From positions 1 to 64,000 of IMG/VR virus record IMGVR_UViG_3300044632_001003: a DNA stretch of 64,000 bases. The stretch is one strand, 5' to 3'. The notes under the pieces were generated by a model. It was given only the letters and a program-made list of their open reading frames with translations, ran no database searches and was not told the DNA's origin. Position numbers and translations under genes: made by a program. This document shows positions 39,923 through 53,500 of this stretch, in pieces. The number at the start of each line of letters is the position of its first letter. Positions within the stretch are counted from its first letter, which is position 1.

Positions 39923-41497
39923 TTAAAATTCCAGGATAATTTTAACGTCTTCTTTTTGTCTAGAATTTCTTGAAACAAGAGGTCTATTATCTAAGTAAAT
40001 AATATCCCCTGTTCCTTTATTTATCTCAGATGCTGCAAGACCATTTGTAAATTGTATTCCAAGATTTATATTTTTATTTCCAGTTGGATTTGTAGTGATT
40101 CCAGTATATCCAGTATCAACAGAACCAGAGAACCCATCAGTAGTGGTTATTGTTCCTCCAGATGATGAGAATTCGTATCTTCTACCTAAGCTACTAACTC
40201 CAACATAATCCTGCTGATCATAAGTTGATGGGTGGTAGAATAAAGATCTATCTGTAAAGTATTTGATTACTTTAGTCTCTTCATCATATGAAGCAACATA
40301 ACCAACCGCAGTAACATTATTACCATCAACAACTACACTTTGGGATATTTCTTTTCCAATCGTTAAATAATTTTCACCACTGATAGTACCATCATTTCTC
40401 AACTTAATCGCATTTGTTGCAGAAAATTGACTTTCATCATAAACATTAGTTGAATTGACTCTTAATGGATTTTTTACAACTGAAACTTGGGCAAATGCAG
40501 TATCAGTTGGAAAATCTTTATTTGAATCATCAAATCTAGCATAAAGCAATACTCTATCAGTCCCTAATTCCTTATAGATATCATATCCATGACCTCTAGA
40601 TGGTGGAATAATTGGAATTAGTTTTGCTGGGTTGCTGATATTACCTGCTGGTTGTAGAGGTCCCAAATCTACCATAGCATAAGTATAATTCTTTCCTCCA
40701 GCAGATACAACAGCAGAAGTTATTTTTCCACCACTATCTACTGAAATAACTGCTTTACCACCAGTTCCATCTCCAACTATATTTACTTCACCTGAACTAT
40801 AATTTTGTCCAGGGTTATCGATATAGATTTTTTTAATTTGATTTTCATTAACAGTGGAATCACCGTTTTCTCTGACAGATTGGATTTGGGAATCTGTACT
40901 GGTGCTCCAATTTGAAGGAACAGAAATATATTCTGTAGAATCAAATTTTATAATATCACTTGGGGATACAGTAAATAAGTATTTCCAGGTATATCCATCA
41001 CCACTATTTCCAGCTACTGATGGTTCTAAATCAGTAAAAAGTGGTTCATCTTGAGATGCATTTCCAGTTGTATTGATTCCACTCGATCCATTATCAATGC
41101 AAATATAGACTCTATAATCACTATTCATTACATAATAATTTGCATCGTATAAACGACTTGATGAAGTTACTGGAGATAGGTTTGTTGTGCTATAATCATG
41201 TCTGTAGATTTCATATCTGCTTCCTCTAGTCCAATCAATTCTCCTTACCAATCTCCTAACATTTGAAGAAGTAACTTTTTTCCCAAAGAGAGAAGTATCT
41301 TGAACATGGGACAAATAACTAAAATTATCTGTTGGGGTTTCTACATTATCATTCCAGTTAGTCACTCTACCAAAACCGACTTGTGTTGGGTTTGGCAGTC
41401 CAACAACAATGTAATAGGAATTATTGGTACTATCTACCGATTCAACAAAATTGTTTGCATTTAATATTCTAAATTGATCAGTTATAATTGCCGACAT
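39923..41497 (-). CDS. 8: Baseplate wedge gp8
   Basis: IITDQFRILNA, VYICIDN, DGYTWKYLFT, GDIIYLDNR, QKEDVKIILEF. Confidence 0.92.
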   Translation of the reverse strand: MSAIITDQFRILNANNFVESVDSTNNSYYIVVGLPNPTQVGFGRVTNWNDNVETPTDNFSYLSHVQDTSLFGKKVTSSNVRRLVRRIDWTRGSRYEIYRHDYSTTNLSPVTSSSRLYDANYYVMNSDYRVYICIDNGSSGINTTGNASQDEPLFTDLEPSVAGNSGDGYTWKYLFTVSPSDIIKFDSTEYISVPSNWSTSTDSQIQSVRENGDSTVNENQIKKIYIDNPGQNYSSGEVNIVGDGTGGKAVISVDSGGKITSAVVSAGGKNYTYAMVDLGPLQPAGNISNPAKLIPIIPPSRGHGYDIYKELGTDRVLLYARFDDSNKDFPTDTAFAQVSVVKNPLRVNSTNVYDESQFSATNAIKLRNDGTISGENYLTIGKEISQSVVVDGNNVTAVGYVASYDEETKVIKYFTDRSLFYHPSTYDQQDYVGVSSLGRRYEFSSSGGTITTTDGFSGSVDTGYTGITTNPTGNKNINLGIQFTNGLAASEINKGTGDIIYLDNRPLVSRNSRQKEDVKIILEF

Positions 41498-41516
41498 TTT
41501 TAAACGGTTTTCTTTC

Positions 41517-41523
41517 TATTTAT
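41517..41523 (-). promoter_or_regulatory. Late promoter ATAAATA
   Basis: 19 nt upstream of gene 8. Confidence 0.65.
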
Positions 41524-41528
41524 TAAGG

Positions 41529-44500
41529 TTAATCTGGTAGAATTTTTCTAATAGCTCCATTATCTCTCAATCCATACCCTCTTCTTTGAATTGTTGGGAA
41601 CGTTGATAGTCCAGAATTAATTGTTCTTCCAGATACACCAATAGATATTGGATTACTTGCTCTGGATAGAGAAGATAATCTACCCCATGAATAATATCCA
41701 TTAGGATTATAAATTGATGTTCCTAATGTTTGGATTCCAGTTGTCACTGTATTAGATCTGATATTACAAACAATTTCATTCAATGCTGGTAAAGCACTTA
41801 CTCTGTAAATGTTATCAACGTATTGAGTTCCTACACCAATAACATCATTATTATTTGAATAAATTGATGTAACTCCACTACCAACATTTGTACCAGATAC
41901 AAATATATGATATCCAACTTGAAGATCAGTATATGCATTAACAAAGAACTTGAGTGCAAGGGCAGTTCCAATTCCAGCGGTAGTTGTAATTCCAGTTATG
42001 ATTCCAGAGAAACCTTGAACTATAGAAATATCTTTTACTAGTTCTGAAATTACTTTTGGTTGTTCAACGAGAATTTGTGGTGGATTCGTGCTTGTATAAC
42101 CAAATCCAGGTTTTACCAAAGTTACTGAAGACACAGAACCATTTACAATTGTTGCAGTAGCACTTGCAATTGAAGTAGAATTTTGTGGTCCAGCAGTTGT
42201 GCCAACACCAACTGAAGATCTCTTAGGAGCTGAAAACTTAACAGAAACTGTTGCAGTTGTGTATCCAAATCCCGCATTGGTTATCGTTAATCCAGATATA
42301 GTACCAGCGACTGATACTGTTGCAGAAATTGCAGCAGCAACTGGAGACTTATCTTCAATTATTAATGCATCAAATGATGGAATGTTAATACTGGATTCAT
42401 CCTCTTCATAATTAAAGAATCTAGCGTTATCGACAAATATTTCATTATCTCCAGATTGAATTGTTTTAATAACTCTTGCTGTTGGATAAATTTGACCCTC
42501 TAAAGAATCCCTATCTTTATAAACAATATCACCATTAATAATTAAGTCTCTTTTCTGCTTAGACCAATCTATAGAGCGATAATTAAATTCATCAATTCCA
42601 ATATTTTGATAAAGATCTGTCTCTAGTGTATCTGAAGTTGGGATATCATAAACAGTTCTTTGAGAAATTTGAGACAATGACGTTGAAATTCCATTTGCCC
42701 TATTAACAAATACTGAATCTCCAATTTTTATCGTCTCTAAAATATCAGTCTGTTCGCTATCAACACCTCTAGTTCCATTATAGAAGAATATGGAAATATT
42801 ATCTTCAACTTTAGGTGCTGAAATAAACTGAATTGAAGAACCACCATCAAATATATAAGCAGATTTTGGTTCTTGTAATACACCATTTAAGAATACTAGT
42901 AAGACAGCATCTAAATCTATGAGTGCGGAATCATTATTTTTCTCATCTTTTTCAAAACTCACTAGCTCGGAATTGTATCTGAGTGGGAATACGGAGCGAG
43001 TTCCATTTTGAAGTGGTTTAATTGAATCAATAAAGTCTAATTGTCCAAATTGCCATGATGCAAATTTATCATAATAAACATCAAGGACTGTTAATTGAAA
43101 ATCTGCTACTGGAGAAACCAAACCTTTCGCGGTAACTAGACCAACTGGTTTAAATACATCTCCAATTTCAAATGCATATCCAGGTCTATTAATAATGAAT
43201 TTGGAAACTTCAAATAGTGATCCTGGCGCGATAGTTCTTGAACCAGGTATTGTTCCTAGACCGACAGCATATGTTACAATACCAACAAATGTTGTGATTG
43301 CTGAGGCAACATCAGCACAATCTCCAGGGTTATATACTCCAGGTAATTCAGAAATATCACCTTCAATAGTATAATCAAAGACTTGAGTTTCACTAGAGTA
43401 CCCACCAATGGTTATAGACTCATTTCTCATGGCTTGAATTGCCATATCTCTTGCTTGTTGGAATGCATAGATTGATTCTGCTTCCTCTCCAGCAAGGTAC
43501 GCATTGTCGATATAAATCTTACCAGCATCATATACTGAGTCATTACCACCATATTGGAGATTGTATGTAATACACTCTAAAACATCAACAATATCATCAA
43601 TACAATTTTGATTTCCACCTGGAACTGTAAATGCTGGGAATGCCGCTAACATTCTACCTACAGCAACTTCACCAATTAACGTCTTATTTGCAAGAATCAA
43701 TCTTGCAGCATCTGCATTTCTTCCAGAAGTTATTGGATTTGAATTTGGACCGACTTCTAAAGAAATTAATGCATTTAGTCCAGTAGTGGTAGTAGATCCA
43801 ATTCCTAATCTAGAAACCCCAGTGATTTGTAGATTTTCATAAGTTGGTTCGGAAACTAAAATATCAGGATTTGCTGTATATCCATTTCCACCAACAATAA
43901 CAGTAAATGATAGACTTCCACCAGCTCCAACATTGGCTCTAATTGAAGCTGCTACTCCAGTATGTCCAGGTTGATAAACACTAACACCAATTGCTGTAAG
44001 TCCATTATATCCAGATCCAAGAATATCTGTACTACCCAATCCAACAGATACAATCGAACCACCTGCACCAACCACAGCAGTCACAGAAGCACCAACAAGG
44101 GGTGCAAAACCTAATCCATTTGTTGATCCAAGAGAAACAATCAAACCGCCTCTTGGGAATTGATTTTGATTTACATCCGAAATAGATGTAACTTTTGTTC
44201 CATCAGTAGATGTAATACCAGTAAATGTTATACTGGATATTCCAGCACTTTCTCCATATAAGAAATTATTACCCGCATTATTTACAGTTGTTGGTGTCTG
44301 GAATAATCCATTGATTAAAACTAATCCACTTCCAGTCTCAATACCACTAGTATTGACGCCAGCAATAGTAAGTCTAAAAGTCTGCCCAATACCAGTGAAG
44401 TCTTGGGAAATATCATCATATATTAAATTATTTTCATAATTTTGTCTTAAGAAAACTCTACCATTAAATTTAGAAAATGGTCTTGGAAGTCCGCTATCAT

Positions 44501-47500
44501 CTAAAGTTACTAATCCACTTCCTTTTGGTGGATCTGTAAAGAATACTTTGTTTCCAACAATGTTGTAAGAACCTTTATAAACTCTAGCTGTTGAAGCATC
44601 CATATGACTGGTAGCTACTGTACCAACAAATCCCCTTTCAACATTGACTAATTTAATCATGCCCGTAGATATTGGACCAGTGCTGGTAGTTCCTAGTCCA
44701 ACTCCAGCGACTTTCATATACTCATCTTCAACTCTAATAATATCACCAGTCACAATTGAAGAAATTCCACTGATTGAGAAAACAGTTTCTCCTGTTCCAA
44801 TGAAACCACCATTACCATCAACTGTATATACTATTGGGGTCCAAGCGAGTGGAGACTGAATGACATCATCAACTGCAATTATGGTTTTTTCATTTTTCTT
44901 AACCATCTCAAATATATGTGCATTTCCACTACCTAAAGTCGTGAAAGTTACAGAAATTCCAGCGGTTGCATATTCTGGTCTTGTTGCAATTCTAAATTCG
45001 GTGTTATTATCTTTAATAGCCCACACTCTATATGGAAGTCTGTTTGTCACTACTCCAACAGAATCTGCAGTTAAACCAATGCCAACAGGCGCAGAAGAAA
45101 CTCCAGCAATAGTAGAACCAGGTTTATAAATTAAAGCTTCTCCAGTACTAAAGAAGTGATTTGGAATTGTGAATTTACCTGTTGCTGGGTTTAAAATTGA
45201 ACTATCTTGAGGATTAAATTCTTTTGTAAAAATTGGAGTGTTATTATACTCTAGTTCAAATTCCGTTTTATTGATTCTCTTACTATTAAATGAATCAAAT
45301 AATCCTATTCCGATACTTTGTGTTCTATTAAATCCATAGGTTATTTCTGGGTAAGAATTTTCTAAATCTAAATCGGTATAAATTATTTCATTATATGACT
45401 TAATAGTAACTATACCAGTTACTGATGCATCTGGGAAAAATCTTACTCGAACATTGCCAGATGAAATATCTGCACCAAAAGTACCAATACCCGTGGTACT
45501 TCCAACCGATAAGAAAGGATACTGTGTAGAAAATACATCGGTTCCATCGGCATTGATTGTTAGTATCTGATGTAGTGCATATGTTGAACCATAGCTAACA
45601 CTAACTAAAGATTTGATTGATGTAATCTCTGAGGATGTACATGTTAGGATAGTTGTAACACCAGTACCAACAACATAATTGGATTGGTATTTTGCACTTC
45701 TCTCCGTACCTTCTGGTTGGAAATCATTTATAAATCTAATTGTTCCAATTCCAGCAGATGTTGAACCAAATCCAACTGCATTAGTTAATACTCTAACTTG
45801 AGACGTAGTTGGATTTGTATATTTTAATGTTAATGTCCCACCCACTAAAGAAGCATCAAATTCTCCAAAATCATTAAAAGATATTCCTTCAGAAGAATTA
45901 GAATCAAAGTAATAATCTGCTAGATAAGTATTTGTTCCATCATGACTCAAATAAACTTCCACAAAATTCATTGTATTATCATTCAAGTTAGAAATATGGA
46001 ACATTGAATGGACAGCATCATATTGATTAGCTGGATATTCAAAAATAGTTGCAGTAGAACCAGCAGAAACTAAAGTATTTGTAGATAGGTTTTTAACCAG
46101 ACCAATAGAAGTTGATGCAACTCCAACAACATTTGGATTTAAAACTTCCTTAATAAATTTTATGTCATAATCAGTATCATATGGATCATTTGGTGTAAAT
46201 CTCAGGGAAAGAACATCAAATGTATCAATATTTCCAGTTACATCAGCAAATTCCTCTTCTTTCCATATAGTAGTTAATGCATCAGTTTCGAATCCAGGAG
46301 AGAATGTTATACCAAGTCCAGTATTTGATAAATATCCCTTTCTTAGAGTAAATACTGATTCCTGGTTATTATCATACATCAGCAATAATTCATATAGTGC
46401 TATTTGAGTTCCTGAGGTATTTCTAATCTGAACTAAGAATCTTGCAAAGGAATCTGTATATTCATCCAAATCAATAAATGTATCTGATACATTTTCTTTA
46501 TTTGTAAATTGATCGCTAACATCATCTATTGATAGAACTCTATTTGTTTTGCAAATCAAACCATCTACAAACTTTTTATTAAAAGTCTTTAAGAACTTAG
46601 ATGTCCCATTTTGAGTAGAAGTATCTTTTGATAATGCAAATCCGTAGATTGTATCAACTCTCTTATCTTCACTTACATCATAAATTATTAGACCATCTAC
46701 AGAAGTAGATCCGATCGAGACTTTTTTATTAGATATAATTTCAGTATCTACAAAGTTTTTAAGTCCAGTTGTATGTAAAAGTCTATTGATTGTATCAATT
46801 GAGTCTTTATATTGGATTGTACTCTTTACAGAATATGAGAGATTTTGGTAATAGTCATTATCTGGTAAAACCTGAATATCATTATTTAATTGCCCACTAT
46901 TTGTTTTCCAACCAAGAGAAGCAGTTACTCCATATCCAACATTGAATTTACCTCTACTATGGATAATTTCCGAAATAGTTCCCACAGAACCAGATTCTGT
47001 TCCCCTAACAATGTCAGATTCTTTAAATGAATCTCTACCAGATATTTTGATATAATCTTTTAGAACTGCAGAAATGTAAAGATCTGAAGGTAGATTATTT
47101 AAATATAAATTCTCCCCTACTAAAAATTCAGTTCTCTTTTGATTTACTTTGAATTTTGGATAGTTTGAGTATTTTGTAATTGTCGCATAAGAACCTTGTA
47201 TTGTATCAGCAATTCCTGGATTTGCTGTATATCCAGATAGATTAAATCTAACTATAGCTGGTATAAGATTTTCATAAGAAGAAACAGTGAAGAATGTATA
47301 TCCATAATCTTCGGAATTAAATCCAGATCCACCTACTCCATTTTTTGTAATACCCTCTACAAAAATTAAGTCTCCCGCATTAAACACGTTAGTCGTAAAT
47401 CCAACTAGAGGTGTAGTTAAGAAACAAGTTACTATGCCAGAAGCAGATGATTGTATGGTGGAAATACCGACTCCATTTGAGTTATTAGTCGTAAATAAAG

Positions 47501-50500
47501 TTTTTGAGTTGAAACTAAGTCCAGTTGGAGATTCAAAAATTTCAACAGATGATATTGAATTTGAATTTATTTTTGGAACTAATATTCCACTATTAACCTT
47601 TTCCCCAGTTTCGTCATCAACAATCACAATTTCTGGTGCGGAGCTATAATTTCTACCACCATCAATAACTTCAATGCTATCAATTGTTAATGAATCTTTT
47701 AATTTAATCGTTGGTGGAATATTTGCTTCAGGTCTAAGAGTATTATCAGAAGGATATTCAAAAGATTGTTCTATAATTCTTATATCTCTTACTTTACCTA
47801 TTTCATTAGATTTTACAAATAAATTAGCATCTCTTCCATTATCAGTGATGATACTTGTTATGCCAGGTAAAGTTTTATAAGTTTTTGTACTAAAATTAAC
47901 AGAAATTTTGTCAATAGGTCCAGATGCTGTTTTTGAGGTGGTAGAATACTCTAGAGCAGAAGTATTATTTTGGTTATATAAAGTATTTTCTGGTTGTGAT
48001 GATAGTGAGACAATAAACGTAGTTGTTCCTACACCAACAACAGAATAATTTTGATTATAGTAACTATTAATGAAAGAAATCTCACAATAATTTCTTACAC
48101 TAACATCAGCTGTAGAAATATATCCAGATTTTTCAATATTATAAAATAGAGAATTTGGAAGTAACTCTGAATAATTTAAAGTAAGTTTAGCAGTGCTAGT
48201 CACCCCAACTGTTCCAACACCAATTGTTGATATGATTGAAGTATTTGCTATTGATACAAATTTGTTATTAAAGTCTTTATCTGAGTATAGATTAAAATTG
48301 TAACCACTCAATGAAGAATCGCTTAGATCAAATACTAAATTATTTCCTTTGATTGGTTGTAATTTTGGATTAACTAAGGACAATGCTTGATTAGAACCAC
48401 CAGTAGATGCAATTGAAACTATTACTGGTGGGTTGGATACGGAGTCTTCATAAGTTATTGTTAATTTGATATTGTCTTTATCTACTCTATAAACATAATA
48501 AACTCCCGTCGATAGCCCAGAAGATACTAAATCAGATGCTGAATAATAAACTTTATCACCAGTTTTATATGAATGTGATGTTATGTTTATTGTATCTAAT
48601 GCTGGATTAACACGATATGAATTGAAACCTACTGGATTAACCAATAACTTTTGAATATCTGACGCAAATTTTAATTTAACCGCAGTAGAAGTTCCAATAC
48701 CTACAGATTGGTTAGGAACAACATTTAAAGTAACTGAATCACCTGGAATAAGTCCATGTGCTGTGGATACTGATACAACGGCATCATTTTTTTGAATGGT
48801 GCATGTTATTTGATTATATGTTGGTTCAAATGAATATTCAAAATTATTAGAACCATTTGTTCTAAAGAACAAACCCTTAGTATTTGTCGTTAGACCAACT
48901 TGAGTTACTATACCAATGTAGTCTTTTGATTTGTTAATAGCATAGACATATTCAAATGAAGAGTTTAGCAAATTAAATGGTGATGAAGTTTCTGTATTTG
49001 AAACAGAAATAGGATCTCCACTCTTCTTCCTAATGATAAGTCTTTGATTTGTTTTAAATGGGTGATCTGGTAAATAAATGCTTTGTGTAGGAATATCTAT
49101 TTGATAATTTAATTCTCCTAGAGAATAAGTAACTGCTACTCCAACTCCAGATGTTGTACCAACACCAACAGACTGATTTGGATTGAAATATACCTTTGAA
49201 TTTAAATCCGAATCAAAATATTGTAATGGTAATCCAATTTCAATAAAGTTGGGATATACAAATCCCAAAGTGCTAGTTGTGTGAGAAGTCCCACTTACAC
49301 CCCTTTTAACTCTTAATAATTTTCTTTCCGAAAAAATATTTAGTACTGACATTATTTCAGTACCTATTCCTATACTTGAACCTATAGAAAGGGTATTTGG
49401 TATAGTAGAAATATAAATGTCTGTTACTAAACCAGATTGAGTAACTGGATTTGATGGAATATCTTTAAATACGGTAAATCTATCTGTTGATATTGATACC
49501 TGTCTATTTCCAGCTATTTTTGGAACAAATGTTGATAGACCAGATATTGATACAATATCACGATTATTTAATACATGGAATGGTGTAATATAAACTCTTG
49601 CTTTATTTTTATCTTCCCAGGTTAGAACCGCATTAGAATATTCTATAGTTGATGATGCAATAGATGTTATTGTCTTACCCTTTAGAGAAGAAACTACAGC
49701 TGATGCACCTTCAGCATTTGAATTCGAATTATCAAATACTAATGCATCATTTAATTTATAGTCAATGCCGTTTTTTGTAACCTCAACTGTTTTTATTTGA
49801 CCCTTTTCAATAGATGTAATTATCGACTCTTGATTAAATTGTGAGTCATCTTCAATAATAAAATCATTTTGAGAGTATTCATCTGAAATTTTATATGGAT
49901 AAGTATTTCTAACTAGATCTGATTTTGAAAAATCAAAGTCTTGATCTAAATTATTTTCAGCATATAGAGACCTAAATCTATTGCCAATAAAATATGGGAA
50001 TTTTGGTTGATATAATCCATCCGTTGTTATTCCAGCAAAATATGCATATGTTCCATTTGGAAAGTCTGGAGTTTTGCAAAATCTTCCATTGTGTATATCT
50101 AAGTCTCCAGAATTATCAAATTTATAGTCTTCAACAAAGAATCCTGGCACAAATCCAGATGGTCTATCAACGATAACTGAAGTATCTTCAACATATCCTG
50201 GTTTTAATATGACTATACCTTGTGCTGAATTAATTGGATTTCTATATCCATATGGTCCATATATTGGATTTCCATCATATGCCCACCCAATAATTGGTGA
50301 ATGAGAAGACCCGTTATCATTGAATTCATTTGTTGCAAGTTCATTTAAGTAGGAAATATTGCAATATTCTAACCCAGTGTTTAATTTTGGATGTAGATAT
50401 TCAGATCCATATCTCTTTGCATCATTTAAAGTTAAATCTCTAACCTTTGTTTCTAGTTTTACATTTCTTCCAGCAGAAACTACCTTGATAGATGTTGTTG

Positions 50501-53500
50501 ATTGTGTATATCCTATTCCAGAATTAATTACAACAACATTAACAATTTGACCATTATTAATTATTGGGCGTAAGACTGCTCCACTACCTTCACCAACTAC
50601 CGTTAATGATGGGGTTGAATAATACTCAGTTCCCTTATTTCTTATATCTACTCTGACAATTTTTCCTGCAAGAACAACTGGATAAAGAGTAGCATCTTTA
50701 CCATTTTTAATTGATATGTTGGGTTTTCTTTCAAAGTTTAAAACTGTACTACCATATCCACTACCAGATTCATATAGGTACAAATCAACAATACTACCAC
50801 GAACAATGGGTGTGCATGTAATTACACCAACATTCGTCGATCCATATGCAACATTAACTGTGACACTGACATCTGGATATTTAAAAATATGATATCCACT
50901 TCCAGTATTTGAAAATTTAGTAAAAATATTTCTAGTATAATTTGTTGATATTGTTGCACCTATTCCAGCATCTGCCAATCTAAAGGAATCATTATCTTTC
51001 TTTATAATATAGTATCTGTTTGATGTTGATAGACCAGAAATTGGGGTGCCAGTATATTGATATTCAACAATATCACCCTCTTTAAAATTATGATCAGTAA
51101 AACTAATTGTATGCTCTATTGTAGAAATTCCTACTGGTTTAACATATAGTTTTCTATTTTGATATCCAGACCCAGAATCTAAGACTTTAATTGACTTTAA
51201 AGTCTTTTTACCGAGATAAGTTCTAAACTTATGGATTCCTGTATTTGACGCTGTTGTGAATCCAACTGTATTAATTCCAGTTATGTAATCATTAAAAGAT
51301 GGATACAATCTAACAGTTTTATTATTTAAAACCCTTACAAAATAAGTTGCATTTTCCAGCAGGAATCTATTTTGATCAGCATTTGAACCAAGATATGTTC
51401 CGATACTAACTGGAGAATTTCCGTTAGATTTATATACTACAGCTTCACCATTTGAAAATTCGTGATTCGATAGAAATGTTATTGTTTCTGCAGTTTCGCC
51501 AACGCCACCAAAATTACTCAGAAGTCTCGCATCAAAATCAACTTCTCTAAAAGTTTTTTCTACAATAGGTTCTAATAAACATCCACTACCATTACCACCT
51601 TGAATACTTAATGAAATAACTTTTTCAAGTTCAATATTTTGCGGATCTACTAGTACTTCTTTAACAGAACCACTTATAACTGGTTGAACAAGTGAAGTTG
51701 TACCAGATCCAGTTGGTGGTCCAGATACAATTATTTGTGGTGGATTAACTACATCATAATCAATTCCAGAGTTTAAAATGCTTATAGATTTTAATGGTCC
51801 ATAATAAATCTTATCTTGAGATTTATAATTTTTTATTTCGACACCATTGACCAACATTCCAATAAACTCTTTATCATTCTCTACTCCATCATTATCTTTG
51901 ATGACTTCTCTAAGTGGAAATTTCCTTAATAATTTTTGTGGTTCAATATTTTTATTAAATTTAGATTCCACTACAAAACTATGCTTTCCACCAACTCCAG
52001 GAGAAAGAGGATTGAATGTAATATAATCATCTATTTGAATAAATGAATTTGATGCATATAATTTTATTTGTTTTGGATCAGTTAATACTTTTACAAAATA
52101 TTTCCCTGTAGCAAGTCCAGATATTGGTGTTGTTTCTGGACTATAGATTACAGCATCTCCTGTCAAAAATGGTATAGAAGTTGGGAATGAAATAATAGAA
52201 TAATCATCATCTGATAGTTCTTTTTGAATTGCACCGCTTTGAGTAGTTGCTGCGCCAATAAAAGTCGAAGCTGTACCAACTCTTATTGATGGTTTGGATG
52301 GTGTTGCATCAAGTCTGAAAGTGTATGATGGCAAAGAATTCGATGCCACATACATAAATTCATTTGCATCATCGGAATACACATTCTGAACATCTGCAAA
52401 TAAAGTATCATTACCATACTTCAACGGTACTAATTCACTAGATGTTTTCTTAATGATTCTTCTTAATAGATGTGGTATCGAAGTCGAAGTGGTATATCCA
52501 ACATAACTTAAGGTAACTTCTTTTGTTCCCCCATCAATACCTGTTACTTTTGCATTGGAAATTCTAACAGAACCAGTAACAGCATTAATAATATCAACTC
52601 TATCATTAACCTTTAAACTAGAAGAATCTATATCAGATTTTAAAGTAAAAACTTTAGATGATAGATTAAAAGAATCAACTTCAAAAGTACAGCTAGTATT
52701 ATATACCCAAGAATTTGCAAAAATTTGCTTATAAGTTCTGTCGTTGGGGTTGCTTGGATTTTTTATTAAGTCACCTAGGTGTTTGATATAAATTTTTTCA
52801 TTTTCAAGATTTAAAGCTTTATCTTCAATCATCTGTAAATTTGAAATTATGGAACATACTTTTAATTCTACTTTCTTATCTAAATTTCCATTTTCAAATC
52901 CAAAAATTGTCTGATTTGATCTTATCGAATCTTTGTTCGAAATATTTTCAGATATACCTGAACAATTTAAAAGTTGATTTACAGTTTTATCTGTATATAC
53001 AATAGTATTATTTCCAGATATTGCTGTCCCAGATTTCTCAAATCCAATTGTCGAATCTACAGTAATAATTGAAGATCCTATTGAAACATCACCAATTACT
53101 TTAGTATTTGCTGTTACTGTAAGGTCACCTTCAATTAAGTCTTGATCGCTATACCCAATGAATAAACCTAGTTTATAATATACTTTATTTTTTCTGGTTA
53201 AAATTTCTACTTCAGATACAGCTGCACTTGTTTTAGTATCTAAAGAACTATAAATTGTTTGCCCAACTAAATTATTTGGATTTCCAGAAATTGCTTCGGT
53301 TAAAATAATAACTCTTCTAATGTACTCTGAATCAGATGGTTTAAAAAGAAATTGCTCTAGGTCAATTACTTTTGGAGTAACTCCATACAAAACTTTATAG
53401 AGGATTTTAAAAGATTCTTCAGTACCTTTTGACTGATAGAATGATCTTGCTTCTTTTAGAAAATTGCCAACATTTAAATCGGAAACAAAATCAACATTTT

